From Eledone cirrhosa (taxonomy: Eukaryota), in the NCBI GenBank assembly GCA_964016885.1, contig OZ024740.1:136338001-136402000 (forward strand): a stretch of 64,000 nt of DNA, in the 5' to 3' direction. The translations under genes were made by a program, and so were the position numbers. Below the pieces are notes generated by a model. That model did no database searches. It was given only the letters and a program-made list of their open reading frames with translations, and was not told the origin of the DNA. This document shows positions 40,114 to 52,300 of the stretch, one piece after another (the first letter of the stretch is position 1; the number at the start of each line of letters is the position of its first letter).

Positions 40114-42712
40114 ATAATAATATATTTGAAGACTAAAATCCAAAGAGGGCTCGATAAAGATAAATATATATCAAATATATAAGAACCGTAGAGCAAATAT
40201 TTATTAAAATAACAGATTAAAGTTTAAGCAAAAAATCGCTGCTTTCACCCTTAACGGGATCTTCTGAAACTAACAAAGTCAATCTGTAAACGCAGAAGCG
40301 GATATTTCAAAAAACGTTGCAACCGGAGCAAGACAGGAAGACGATACTTTGGTTCGTGGAAACGTTCGCTATGCAAATAAGTAATGGTATAAACAAAACA
40401 TATACTTAACTCCCACATCAAGACGTAAAATATCCACGTATAGATCGTACTATCCGTTAGGGTATAACGTGGGGCTGTAATACAGGAAAGTTTTGTGCAA
40501 TTTATGTTTACAAGCCGAAATTGCCTCAGATTTTTTGTTTAAGATGTGGTCTGTGGCGTAGAGTATTTCCAGGGCCTCAGCGGCGCAGAAGTCACATGGT
40601 CTTTTATTTCCGTTATACGATCTAGCCCTAGCTAGGATCTCCCAGTGTAACTTAGATTGGGTGTGGTTGTCTTTTAGACTCCAGATATAAGCTGAAAGTG
40701 ACGTCATATTCCTTCTTAGAGGGTAACGAAAAGAATGGGTATGCATGTAAAGACGCTGCTTGAATCTATTGGCGGTTAACCCTATGTAGGCCCTACGGGA
40801 CGTGGGTGTTACAACCTTACATTTGTAGACAATGTTACTAGAGAGGCATTTCCCGGATAGGGGGCAATTAACCCGATTCCTACAATTACAGTTAGTACTA
40901 ACTACAGGGTTGCACGTGTACCTACGGCTAGGTAGTTTAGCTAAATTTGAAGCTGTGATGTTATGTGCAAGGTTAGGAGTCGTAGAGTAAGACATTTTAA
41001 TAGTATTTCTATTAAAAATTTTACTATATTTATGTGTAGGGGGAAATGCTTCGTAATAAGGGAAAGAAAGAACTTAGGTAATGGTGTGGCCACCTCCATA
41101 TTATATGGTGGGTTATACCAACAAATGCGACGGGATCTATTTCTTCTAGGTCTATTTTCGTACTCTGTATATGCTACCTTATCGACAAATCCACTTCGAG
41201 CAAGAGCTTCATTGTAATAAGTGGAATAGTCGTTGAAAATACGCTCGTTAGTGGAAAGACGGGAAAGCCTCAACGAAACGTTTTTTACCAGGTTCTTGGT
41301 TATGCTGGCAGGATGGTTGGAATGCTTACTTATATAATTAAGCGTATCATTCGGCTTTCTATACGGGTAATACAACCCCAATAAATTGAGGGTAACGTCG
41401 AGGTAATTAACGACCGAGAGATTGGCCTCAACCTGTATAGAGAGGTTGAAGTCTTTAAAGAAGGCTGTGAGTTCTTTTCTGAACCTGTCGCAAGCACGAG
41501 GTCCGCACTTAGTCATGGTCAAAAGACCATCGTCACGGTACAAACCACCGCCCGCGTGGGGAAATTCGTCCTTGATAGAGAAAAGAAGGAAAAGGCCGAT
41601 AAGATCAGTAACCTCCGCAGAATCACTGGCGCCCATACTCACGTCGAATGGGGTACTATTGGATTTTTTAATCCAAATAGAGTCGTCGAAATTAATCACC
41701 GACTTTCGGGCATTAAGGATGACATCAACTTCGAAATCCTTAACCACTGTGAGTGTTTTAGCGAAATTGATAGCTCTAAGGAGAAGTGGTAAAGTGATGG
41801 AGGAGTAGTAATTGTTGATGTCGAATTGGATAAAACGGCAATGTTCCTTGTTACATATGCCGTTGAACCAATCAATCACCGCGAAAGAATTGTTCCACAG
41901 TGCAAGAGGGGCCAAACTTCTAATTTCAGGTATAATTCTATCAAGAATCGTTTTACTAAGTCTACCTAAATCGGACTTCGTAGGATTAATAAGCCGAATA
42001 GAGGGGTTGTTCGGAAAATTGGATTTGTGATCCTTCAGGGTAAAGTGGGGAGAAATAGGGTCCAGAGGTTCGGTCCGGTCCAGGATGTTGAGATCGGATG
42101 TGATTTTAAACCCAGCATCGCTGATTTCATTGATGACGCACCGATTAGTTTTACGGTAATCCTTAGTTACAGCATTATGTAGTAGTTGATGGTAAGTACT
42201 GCGCTCCACTTGATATAGGTTTCCAGTTTTGTCGGAATGGACGTGCACGGCATTAGAATCCTTAATAGAACGAATTCTATTCTTCAGGTCCTGCTGGAAG
42301 GAATTGCTCCTATTCCGAAATTTGATACTCCGTATGAGTTCCAAGACATCATTTTCGAAGGGTAGCAATGCTGGGTTACACGGGAGGTTATTATAGGTTT
42401 TAAATCCAAATGTATCCTGTTTGTTGTCTGCTTTTCGCGGATTATCGAAATAAAAGGCACGCCAACGCAACCTTTTAATGAACGCGTCTGTTTTCAGTAT
42501 CAGGAGTTTTAGGTATGTGTTCCTGCTTGGTACGGGTATGTTCTTTGTAGAAATATTCAGATGTTGTTTCTGCATGATGAATATAAGTCAGTAGAGTGCT
42601 CAACCGAGGGAGCCAAATAGTAATAATAATAAATTTGAAGACTAAAATCCAAAGAGGGCTCGATAAGGATAAATATATATCAAATATATAAGAACCGTAG
42701 AGCAAATATTTA
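40108..42712 (-). mobile_element. Penelope-like element (Naiad-type), near complete, with ~95 bp direct terminal repeats
   Basis: RT 42575-40941 (DKT, RLINP, FDINNYY, MGASDS, YRDD, YLDVTL). One frameshift near 40990, then CNCRNRVNCPLSGKC, VYKC..YIG (GIY-YIG) and CDFC to 40450. Repeats at 40108-40204 and 42618-42712. Confidence 0.92.
40221..40271 (-). ncRNA. hammerhead-like motif in the PLE 3' pseudo-LTR (core CAGAAGA, U4>A variant)
   Basis: AGTTT-CAGAAGA-TCCC GTTAA GGGT-GAAAGCA..TGCTT|AAACT. Helices I, II and III all pair. Confidence 0.6.
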
Positions 42713-42834
42713 TCGAATGAAACACTTCTAGTCCTGTAGAAGCCATTTCTATATTAAAAATGTATACTCTGCTGTGTTGAATACCTTACTTACAGTGGTT
42801 ATCCCCGATTGAACCCATGTTTTTCTAATATTCA

Positions 42835-43100
42835 TGATCGATTTTATATCTTTCCACTGGATACCATCGATTGTAGGTTTATCTACTGGACATCATCGAT
42901 TTTATATCTTTCCACTGGACATCATCGATTGTAGGTTTATCTACTGAACATCATTGATTTTATATCTTTCCACTGGACATCATCGATTGTAGGTTTATCT
43001 ACTGAACATCATAGATTTTATATCTTTCCACTGGACATCATTGATTGTAGATTTATCTACTGGACATGATCGATAGTATGTTTTCCACTGGATATGAACA
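42835..43100 (+). repeat. ~29-30 bp minisatellite (alternating dimer) in the U4 array spacer; also at 44706-44960 and 47770-47860
   Basis: Units catcgattttatatctttccactggacat and catcgattgtaggtttatctactggacat. Confidence 0.85.
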
Positions 43101-43478
43101 ATTGCATGTTTTTTCTAATATCAGTTGACAATGTTCAGAACCTCGTGAAATCTCCCTCAACCTCTCCTCTCAGTGTCCATCTCAATAGCCATGATATATA
43201 ACACAATAGACAGGAGATAAAGTAAACCGATTTTCTCTCGACAACGAATTCTGTTTTTATTGACAAGTATCGAACTTTCAGTTAACGTCAAACAGATCAA
43301 TATTTTATTTTTCGGCCCTGAAAGGATGGAAGAAGAGTTTGACTCCGGTGATAATTCAATGGAGTTTCAAAAAATACTGAGATATATGTTAATTCGGCGA
43401 CTAAATTTGCATATATAACTCAATTTATATTTATCAACTTCACTAATTACAGAAATTGTCTATTTTTGTATTTAAATA

Positions 43479-43619
43479 CCAACCTCGTGTGAGGTTTGTA
43501 AAAATTGCGTCTAGCACCTTACAGGTGCCCTCCGCGGGGTATTGGTAATAGTTTTCAACTAGCAACAACCACGCCTCGGATAAACCTCATTGGCCATGGT
43601 ACCGCCTCTGCGCAAAGCT
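43479..43619 (-). ncRNA. U4: U4 spliceosomal snRNA, copy 1
   Basis: Minus strand AGCTTTGCGCAGAGGCGGTACCATGGCCAATGAGGTTTATCCGAGGCGTGGTTGTTGCTAGTTGAAAACTATTACCAATACCCCGC.., Sm site AATTTTT and terminal hairpin; 141 nt. 3'-box-like TTTAAATACAAAAATAGA downstream. Confidence 0.95.
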
Positions 43620-44215
43620 GTCAATACAAGGTCACAGCTGTGTATTTAAGGTAATATGTAAAATATTCATTCACTGGTTCTACCTGACAGTTTGTAGTTT
43701 ATTATTAATTACTGACGTTAGCTTCTTTTAATATTAAAATTAATCCACTTTTATTTTGATATTTTTAATAATACTTATATAAAAGAAATGTACAGACACA
43801 GATATTTTGTGAACAAAATAGTAAATTACTTCGGTGTATAGTGTCATTCTCTTCATGACGTCACTACATAACTATTTAATCCTTCAATGACTGGCTGGTT
43901 GTTGTCCCTTCTTACGGCCCTTCACCTCTATTAGTTATAACTGGTTTCCTTTTTCTGTTGCATGTCACAAGAGGTTTCTATGGTGTTTTAATGATTTTGT
44001 CACAACATTCCTTAAATTATAATGTTAATTCATATATATATTCTAATAATGTTTTAATGAAAAATGAGACTGAATTCGTAAAAAAAAATTAAATGTAGGT
44101 ATGCGCCTGACATGCAGCATGTATTCAGCATTTTAAACTTGGCGAAGTACATCCCCTCCCCTGGTTTGAACACAACCGATTTCTTCCAGGGAAAGAGAGA
44201 AACTGAGAGAGAGGG

Positions 44216-44271
<56 letters not shown>

Positions 44272-45363
44272 AAAGGCATTTCTAGGAATAATCGATTCCA
44301 GGACCGGACTGGTAATTTTTTTTTATCGACCTCGAAAGTACGAAATGCAAAGTGAATGTGGGAGAGATTTGAACTAAGAGAGCTGACACGACACAAATAC
44401 AATAGAGTTACTGAGTATATTACCTCCTTTACAATTTTCAAGTCCAATGAGTAAAGAGATAGGTTTAGTCAGTATATCACTGGGAGACCCGGAAAACGAA
44501 GGAAGTGACACCTAAATATCTGACACTAATCATATCGTAGCTCCTTTTAAACTGTATAAAGAACACACCTCCCTTTAAGAGGCCTACCTTGTTCGGTACC
44601 GAAAACAATATTGTCCCGCCTTACAATATTTCTCTCCAACGTTCTGACCATCAGTCAGTCTATCCCGTACAAGTTTGTCCATCAGATGGCAGATTTCCTT
44701 CAGTGTTCATGATCGTTTATAAGTTTATCTACCAGACATGATGGATTGTTTGTTTGTTTTTTACTAGACATGATCATAAGTTCGTTCTTTTTACTAGACT
44801 TCATCTATTGTAGGTTTATCCACTCGACATGATCGATTCTATCTCTTTCCGCTGGACATCATCGAGTGTGGGTTTATCTACTGGACATGATCCATTGTAG
44901 GTTTATCTCCTGGACATGATGGATCGTTTGTTTGTTTTTCCACTAGACATGAAGAATTGCATGTTTTTCTAACATCTGTGGACAACATTTAGAACCTCGT
45001 GAAATGTTTCACGTTATCTCCCTCAACCTCTCCTCTCAGTGTCCACCTCAATAGCCATGATATATAAACACAATAGACATTAGATAAAGTAAACCAATCT
45101 TCTCTCGACAACCAATTCTATTTTTGTTGACAAGAATCGAACTTTCAGGTAACGTCTAACAGATCAATACTTTATTTTTCGACCCCGAAAGGTTGGAAGA
45201 AGAAATTGTCTCCGGCGATAATTCAACGTAGATTCGTGAAATACTGAGACATATTTTGTTCTGCTCTCTAACAACTATTCGGCACCGATATTTTAAAACC
45301 TAATTCTACCTATATCTCTCAGCTTGACTAATTATAGAAATTGTCTATTTTTGTATTTAAATA

Positions 45364-45504
45364 CCAACCTCGTGTGAGGTTTGTAAAAATTGCGTCTAGC
45401 ACCTTATAGGTGCCATACGCGGGGTATTGGTAATAGTTTTCAACTAGCAACAACCACGCCTCGGATAAACCTCATTGGCCATGGTACCGCCTCTGCGCAA
45501 AGCT
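45364..45504 (-). ncRNA. U4: U4 spliceosomal snRNA, copy 2
   Basis: 141 nt. Differs from copy 1 by about 3 substitutions in the 3' stem-loop region; ~165 bp of upstream flank is near-identical. Confidence 0.95.
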
Positions 45505-45669
45505 GTCAATACAAGGTCACAGCTGTGTATTTAAGGTAATATGTAACATATTCATTCACTGGTTCTACCTGACAGTTTGTAGTTTATTATTAATTACTGA
45601 CGTTAGCTTCTTTTAATATTAAAATTAATCCACTTTTATTTTGATATTTTTAATAATACTTATATAAAA

Positions 45670-47219
45670 TCACGGCCCCTCTCAACGTTTGGTATCTGGA
45701 TGATGCTACGTTGGGCGGGCCCGTACGGACGGTCTGCCAAGACCTTCAATCGGTGATTCCTGCCCTGGCGGGAATCGGCCTCCAGGTCAACTCGGCCAAG
45801 TCGGAGGTGGTGAACGTCAGCCTCGCGGATGCGAGCTTTGCAGCCTCCGTCTTGGACGTGTGGTCCATTCTCCGCCAGGTTCAGGTGACCCCAAAGGGGA
45901 TGTCCTCATCCTCGGGTCACCGATCCACCCGCCGGCCATCCGCTCCACCATCAGGTCCAGGCTTCAACAGCTCCAGACTCTCACGAGCCGACTGGGCTTG
46001 ATTGACGGCCACCCAGCTCTCTTTCTGCTGAGGAACTGCTTCGCCATGCCGAAGCTCCTCTATACACTCCGCAGCGCTCCATGCTACACCCAGACATCTC
46101 TCCTCGCTGACCTCGATACTTGTATCCGAGCAGCAGCCGAGTGGATATGCAACGTCAAGTTTGACGACATAGGGTGGCAACAGGCCACTTTACTGGTCAG
46201 GTATGGCGGCCTAGGCCTCCGGTCCCCGATCTCACTAGCTTTGCCGGCGTATCTTTCGTCGGTAACCTCGTGCCGCGTCCTCGTCAGCAGGGTTCTTCAA
46301 AACACAACAGGACCCTCTGTGTTCAGAGAACGTGAGGCCGCCTGTGAGACGTGGGACCGGCTGGGACTTAGCCCAGTAGACGTCCCTCCTCCTTCTCCCC
46401 CTGTTGACGTCAAGTCCCCCCAACGCACTTGGGATGCCATCCACTGCAGCCTGGCCTCAGACAGGCTCACGCGCCAGCTCGACCAGCACCGCCTTGCTTG
46501 TTTTTGTGCGGCCTCCAAACCCCACAGTGGTGCCTGGCTCCATGCTCTGCCCTCCTTCTCCACTGGCACGCAGCTAGACAACCATAGCCTGCGCATCGGC
46601 GTTTCCCTGAGGCTCGGCCTCCGGCTCTGCCAACCACACCAATGTCGCTGCGGTTCCACCGTGGACTCTTTCGGCCTCCACTCGCTTTCCTGTCGCCACA
46701 GTGCCGGCCGCATTCCACGCCATACTGCCCTCAACGAGGTCATTAAGCATGGCTTGGACGCTGCAGGCTTCCCTTCCCAGCTCGATCCGGTGGGGCTGGA
46801 TCGAGGGGACGGCAAAATGCCAGATGGCATGACCATCTTCCCGTTCCGCGGTGGCAAACCCCTCGTCTGGGATTCCACTTGCACCGACACTTTGTGCAGC
46901 CGCAACCTGGTGCAGTCTGCGTCTGACCCAGGTTCTGCTGCACGTCGGGCTGAGGGGGCCAAACTCCTCAAATACCGGTCGCTCTCCGACAGGTTTGCGG
47001 TCGTTCCCCTGACAGTGGAAACTTCTGGTGTCCTCGGCTCCAGGGCTATCTCCTTGCTGGCCAGCTGCAGGTGTTAGCCCCGCGAGTTGGAGTGGCTTTT
47101 CCAGCGCGTCTCACTTGCCGTCCTCCGGGGAAACGCCTTCTCCATTCTGTCCGCCGGGGCTCTGGGTGGGCCCCATCGCGTACCAATACATTAGTTAAAT
47201 ACCATTCTTTCATCTGATA
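45670..47219 (+). mobile_element. CRE-clade non-LTR retrotransposon, 5'-truncated (RT C-terminal part, Cys/His finger and RLE)
   Basis: NVWYLDDAT, GLQVNSAKSE, ILGSPI, GGLGLR, CRCG..H..SC..RH, PDG..VWDSTC, KLLKY, VPLTVETSG. Frameshifts near 45895 and 47060. Confidence 0.88.
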
Positions 47220-48269
47220 CAACACAGATATTTTGTGAACAAAATAGTAAATTACTTCGGTGTATAGTGTCATTCTCTTCATGACGTCACTACATAACTA
47301 TTTAATCCTTCAATGACTGGCTGGTTGTTGTCCCTTCTTACGGCCCTTCACCTCTATTAGTTATAACTGGTTTCCTTTTTCTGTTGCATGTCATAAGAGG
47401 TTTCAATATTTTTTTTTATTATTTTGTCACAACATTCCCTAAATTATAATGTCAATTCATATATATTTTAATACTATATTCATTAGATAATGAAAATGAG
47501 ACAGGATTCGTATAGAATTCAATGTATGTACGCTCCTGTAATTTCTGATGTAGTCGAAGGATCGTCGTCGAGACATACAGCATGTATTCTGCATTTTAAA
47601 CCTGGCGAAGTACATCCCCTCTCCTGGTTTGAACACCGTTTTCTTCCAGAGAAAGAGTGAAACTGAGAGAGAGAGGGGTGTGTCTGTGTGTGTGTCTTTG
47701 AAAGGGATTTCTAGGAATAATCGACTCCAGTTTCGGACTGGTAATTTTTTTATCGACCTCGAAAGTACGGTTTTATATCTTTCCATTGGACTTGATCAAT
47801 TGTAAGTTTATCTCCTGGACATGATCGATAGCATGTTTTTCCACTAGACATGAACAATTGCATGTTTTTCTAATATCTGTTGACAACGTTCCCAACCTCG
47901 TGAAATGTTCCACGTTATCTCCCTCAACCTCTCTTCTCAGTGTCCATCTCAATAGCCATGATATATAAACACAATAGACATTAGATAAAGTAAACCAATT
48001 TTCTCTCGTCAACCAATTCTATATTCGTTGACAAGAATCGAACTTTCAGGTAACGCCTAACAGATCAATACTTTATTTTTCGACCCCGAAAGATGGAAGG
48101 AGAGCTTGGCTCCCGCGATAATTCAACGTAAATTCGCAAAATACTGAGATATATTTTATTCTGCTCTCTAACAACTATGTGAATTCAGCACCGATATTTT
48201 AAAACCTAATTCTACCTATATTCCTTCGCTTCACTAATTATGCAAGTTGTCTAATTTTGTATTTAAATA

Positions 48270-48354
48270 CCAACCACGGTGAGTTTTGTAAAAATTGCGT
48301 CTAGCACCTCATAGGTACCATACGCGGAGTACTGATAATAGTTTTCAACTAGCT
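48270..48354 (-). pseudogene. U4: U4 snRNA pseudogene with 5' domain deleted
   Basis: AGCT is joined directly to AGTTGAAAACTA, losing ~55 nt between GCT microhomologies. The 3' part is diverged; flanks are homologous to copies 1 and 2. Confidence 0.88.
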
Positions 48355-48780
48355 GTCAATACAAGGTCATAGCTGTGTATTTAAGGTAATATGTAAAATA
48401 TTCATTCACTGGTTCTACCTGACAGTTTGTAGTTTATTATTAATTACTGACGTTAGCTTCTTTTAATATTAAAATTAATCCACTTCTATTTTGATATTTT
48501 TAATAATACTTTTATAAAAAAAATATACAGACAGATATTTTGCAAATAAAATAGTAAATTAATCCGGTGTATCGTATCTTCCTCTTCATGACGTCACTAC
48601 ACAAGTATTTAATACTTTTATGATTGGTTGTTGTTCTTTCTTATGGCCCTTCACCTCTTAGTTTTAGCTGGTTTCCTTCTTTTGTTGCATATCATAAGAG
48701 GTTTCCATGCTGCTTTAATGATTTTGTCACAACATTCCTTAAATTTTAAAGTTAATTCATATATATTTTAATACTGATAT

Positions 48781-49030
48781 TGTTATACTTTGGGAGGGTC
48801 ATGTTGCCAATAAGAAACACACGCACAAGTTGCTTTCACTTCAATTTATTATAATAAATTTATAAATTTAGGAATTTATAAATTTCCGGTTGGTTGGTTG
48901 GTTCCACAACCAGATGGTTGTTTATATATTGTCAAAGTTCTTTCGTCACACATTCTGTCACCTGGGGATTCTTTTCTTTGTTTTTGTGCCTCTCCTTTGC
49001 TCTGTCCTACGCCATCTTGTTTCTGTAAAA
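48781..49030 (-). mobile_element. probable LTR remnant
   Basis: Minus strand has TATATAAA, then AATAAA, and ends ..ATAACA exactly where homology to the U4 repeat unit stops. Confidence 0.35.
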
Positions 49031-49319
49031 AGATAGATAGATAGATAGATAGATAAGTTTCTTTTATTTGCCACTAGGGCATCAAAAGTGGGACAAGTAC
49101 AAAGGGGGGAGTTTACACAAAAAGGCGTCCTCAATAAGGAGGAGGCAATAACAAAATATAAAAATAAAATAAGATATAACAAAAAATAAAATTTTTAACA
49201 AAATCCTCAATAGAGAGGAGGCGCCTTGGGGGGTCGCACACACCCCCGAAAAAAGTGTGCAACCCTTCTCCTCAGGAGCACAGAGAAGGGGTGCTCCCTT
49301 GGTCTTTCATCTTCCTCAC

Positions 49320-52300
49320 CTATAGTCTGATGTAGAGTGAAGGCCCATTCACACGGGCCATTCTCGCCACTTTCACCCATCTTTCATAGAAACGGCTGGG
49401 GTGCAGCACCTCTCTCTCCATCCTGATCCTTCTTCCGAAATGATATCGGAAGAAACGGACCAGTTGTTGGCCAGAGAGAAAGGTGCCCGACCTCAGTCCT
49501 TTCAGACGCGTCCACCATACAACCTCTTTCGCCATGGCTATTACGCACAGAAACACCGCCTCTGCTTCATCTTTGAAGGGGGGAGGCGGCTTGATCATTA
49601 CAATAGACTCGGTGGTCAACCGGATCGGTCCCACCCTTGACAGCAGTTGTTCGACATAGCCCCACAGATCGGCTACGCCCGAGCAGTGTACTAATGCGTG
49701 TGCAACGGTTTCCTCGTCGCACACGCATCTGGGACAGATCTTTTTGGCGGGGTCCCTACCCGGGCGCCCGTGTCTGTAGAGCCTTTCTCGAACGGGTAAA
49801 GCCCCTCGGTAGCACTGCCAGGCCAGGGACTTCTGGAAGTTGTCCATAGGTCCCGGGCTGAATGTCCTACTGAACAGGCTGGCCAGTTCGTCCTCCTCCA
49901 TGTCTAGGGCTTCTCCGAGGGCGTCGTCGCACCTGCTGCGTACCAGCCCTCTATAGAATGTTGCGGTGGAGTCTCCACTGATAACCGGATCCGCCTGCCA
50001 GAGGGCGGTGAGCGCCTGGGCACACTCAGTGTGCCAGGCGCCCAGTTTTCTCGGTCTTTGCTTGACCCAGGATTGCAGCTCGGTGAGTGAGACGAGTCTG
50101 GGAAAGGTTCGTCTCACAAACGAGGCCCACACCGGTTGTCCGGTGAGGAATACGTAGAGGTGCCGTAGCCTTAATGCGTGTTTACGCATCATTAGCCACG
50201 GCATCCCCAGCCCTCCTTTCGAAGGGTGTTGACAGCAGATGGATCTCCTCACCATAGGAGCCCGCCTCTTCCAAAGGAATTGGAAGAGCGCGCGCTCCAT
50301 CTTGGTGAGGGTTTCCCTTGGGCAGGGCACTACGGTCAGGCGGTAGTAGATGACGGACGCTATGTAGGTGTTCGCCACCTCCGCCCGACCTTTCAGGGAT
50401 AGTTTGCAACTGGCCCACTTCTGGGTCAGTGCAAACACCCTGTTCGTAACCTCCGCCCAGTTTTTCTCCACCTGGAGGTCCGGTCCGAACCAGACCCCGA
50501 GCAACTTCACCGGGCCCTCCGTCCAGCGTCCGACGACGCTATCGGAGGGCATCGGTCTGCCCCTCCACGTGCCGAGTTGCAAACCGATCGACTTGTCCCG
50601 GTTCAGCTTAGCCCCTGTGAACTTTTCGTACTCCTCCAGTAAGGTGCCGACCGCCTCGATTTCGGAGGCCGTCGACACCATTACTGTCACGTCATCGGCG
50701 TAGGCCGACACCGCTTTCCGCAATCCCGGTTCCAAAGGGATGCCCTGCAACAACTCCAACTTCCGCAGTAGTGGCTCGAGAGTCAACACATACAGAAGGG
50801 AGGAGAGAGGGCACCCTTGTCGGATGGACCGCGCGATTTTGAACGGCTCCGAGAGGTAGCCGTTCACCTTGACCCTAGAGCAGATGCGGCTGCTGTGCAT
50901 AGCAGTGATCCAGCCCCTGAAAACGGGTCCGAAGCCTGCCGCCGCTAGCACCGCATCCAGGTAACCATGGTCGACCCTATCGAACGCCTTAGATTGATCC
51001 AAGTTGATCAGAGCCCCACCAAAGCCGGGTTCGTTCCCAACCCTCTCTATGATGTATCGCATAAGGTGGAGGTTGTCATGGATGGACCTGGACGGGATAG
51101 CGCATGTCTGCGCATCTCCCACCAGGTTGCCCACGACAAGCGCCAACCTCTTTGCTAGCACCTTGGCCAAAATCTGTAACTCTGTATTTAGCAGTGTTAT
51201 GGGCCTGAAGTTACTTATTTCGTCCCCCTTGTTCTCGTCCTTCCTCACTAGCGTGACTACGCCCTTGGTCACAGTACAGGGAATTCTCCCGTTCTGTTGC
51301 CAGTTGCAGTAGACCGCCTCGAGGAGATCGGGGAACAAGTCCGGCATAGCTAGATATAATTCGTAAGGAAGACCATCGAGACCCGGGGATTTGCGTTTGC
51401 CGCATTGGCTCAGCACGTCCTCTATCTCAGCGGCCGAAATCGGCTCCTCGCAGGACTTCGCCTCCCTGTCCGAGAGGCGCGGCAGGCCGTCGAGGTATGG
51501 ACCGAAGTCCACGTTCCCAACCGGCTCCCCGCCCCTCCCGAACAGTCGGGCAAAGTGCCTTTGAAAGGCCTCACACATCTGCTTAGGCTCAAGAATCGCC
51601 CGTCCATCCAGGTCTCGCAAAGACCGGATGGTGGATTTAGTTCCACTGTTGGCCTCTGTCACGCGGGCCCAGCTAACAGCTTTGGTCCCCTCGTTCCCTA
51701 GAGCACGTATTTTACTTCGGACAACGCAGCCTTCGTGCTTCGCGTCGAAAAACTGGCTCAAAGCCGTTCTCGACGCTAGCACTCTGGCCACGTCGCCGCT
51801 TCTAATTGCCTCTTCTACTCTATCTATTAGCTCCCTTTCCTTCCTATTCCTATCCGCAGCTAGAACCTTACTAAATTCTATCGAGACTACTCTAATCTCT
51901 CTCTTTAGAGATACCCACCACCTGCTGTTGACGATCGCTCCAGTCAACCGTTCCTTAACTAACGTACTAATCCGATTCCTGTAGGCTCTACTTGCCGGCA
52001 AGGACAAGTTGAGCTTCCAGTAACCGGGGCCCTGTCTATGAGTTCTGTCAAGGTTGACCATGCAGGTCACTAATTTGTGGTCTGAATAGCCAACAATGCG
52101 CATTTTTGGACAACTTAAAAAGTCCTTATCCTTAATTCTAACTAAGAACCTATCTAGGTACGACCTAGATGATCCGCTACGATTTGCCCAAGTCCAGGTT
52201 GGCGCAGTCGGAAAATCTAGTCGATATCTATCGGCCAGGTCAAATCGACCGATTAACCCTTTGAGGCTATTACACCCCTCTCTATCGGGGCAGGCCCCTA

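Noticed and set aside
40450-40995. Selenoprotein-coding Naiad (UGA in the Cys finger)
   Set aside because: All finger cysteines here and at 21415-21460 are TGT/TGC, and there is no in-frame TGA.
42835-43100. CRISPR-like ~30 bp periodicity
   Set aside because: Units are contiguous with no unique spacers and there are no cas genes; it is a eukaryotic minisatellite.
48961-49026. AG..GT-bounded open segment next to the E1 tail as a host exon
   Set aside because: No recognisable protein or partner exons; the context fits an LTR remnant better.
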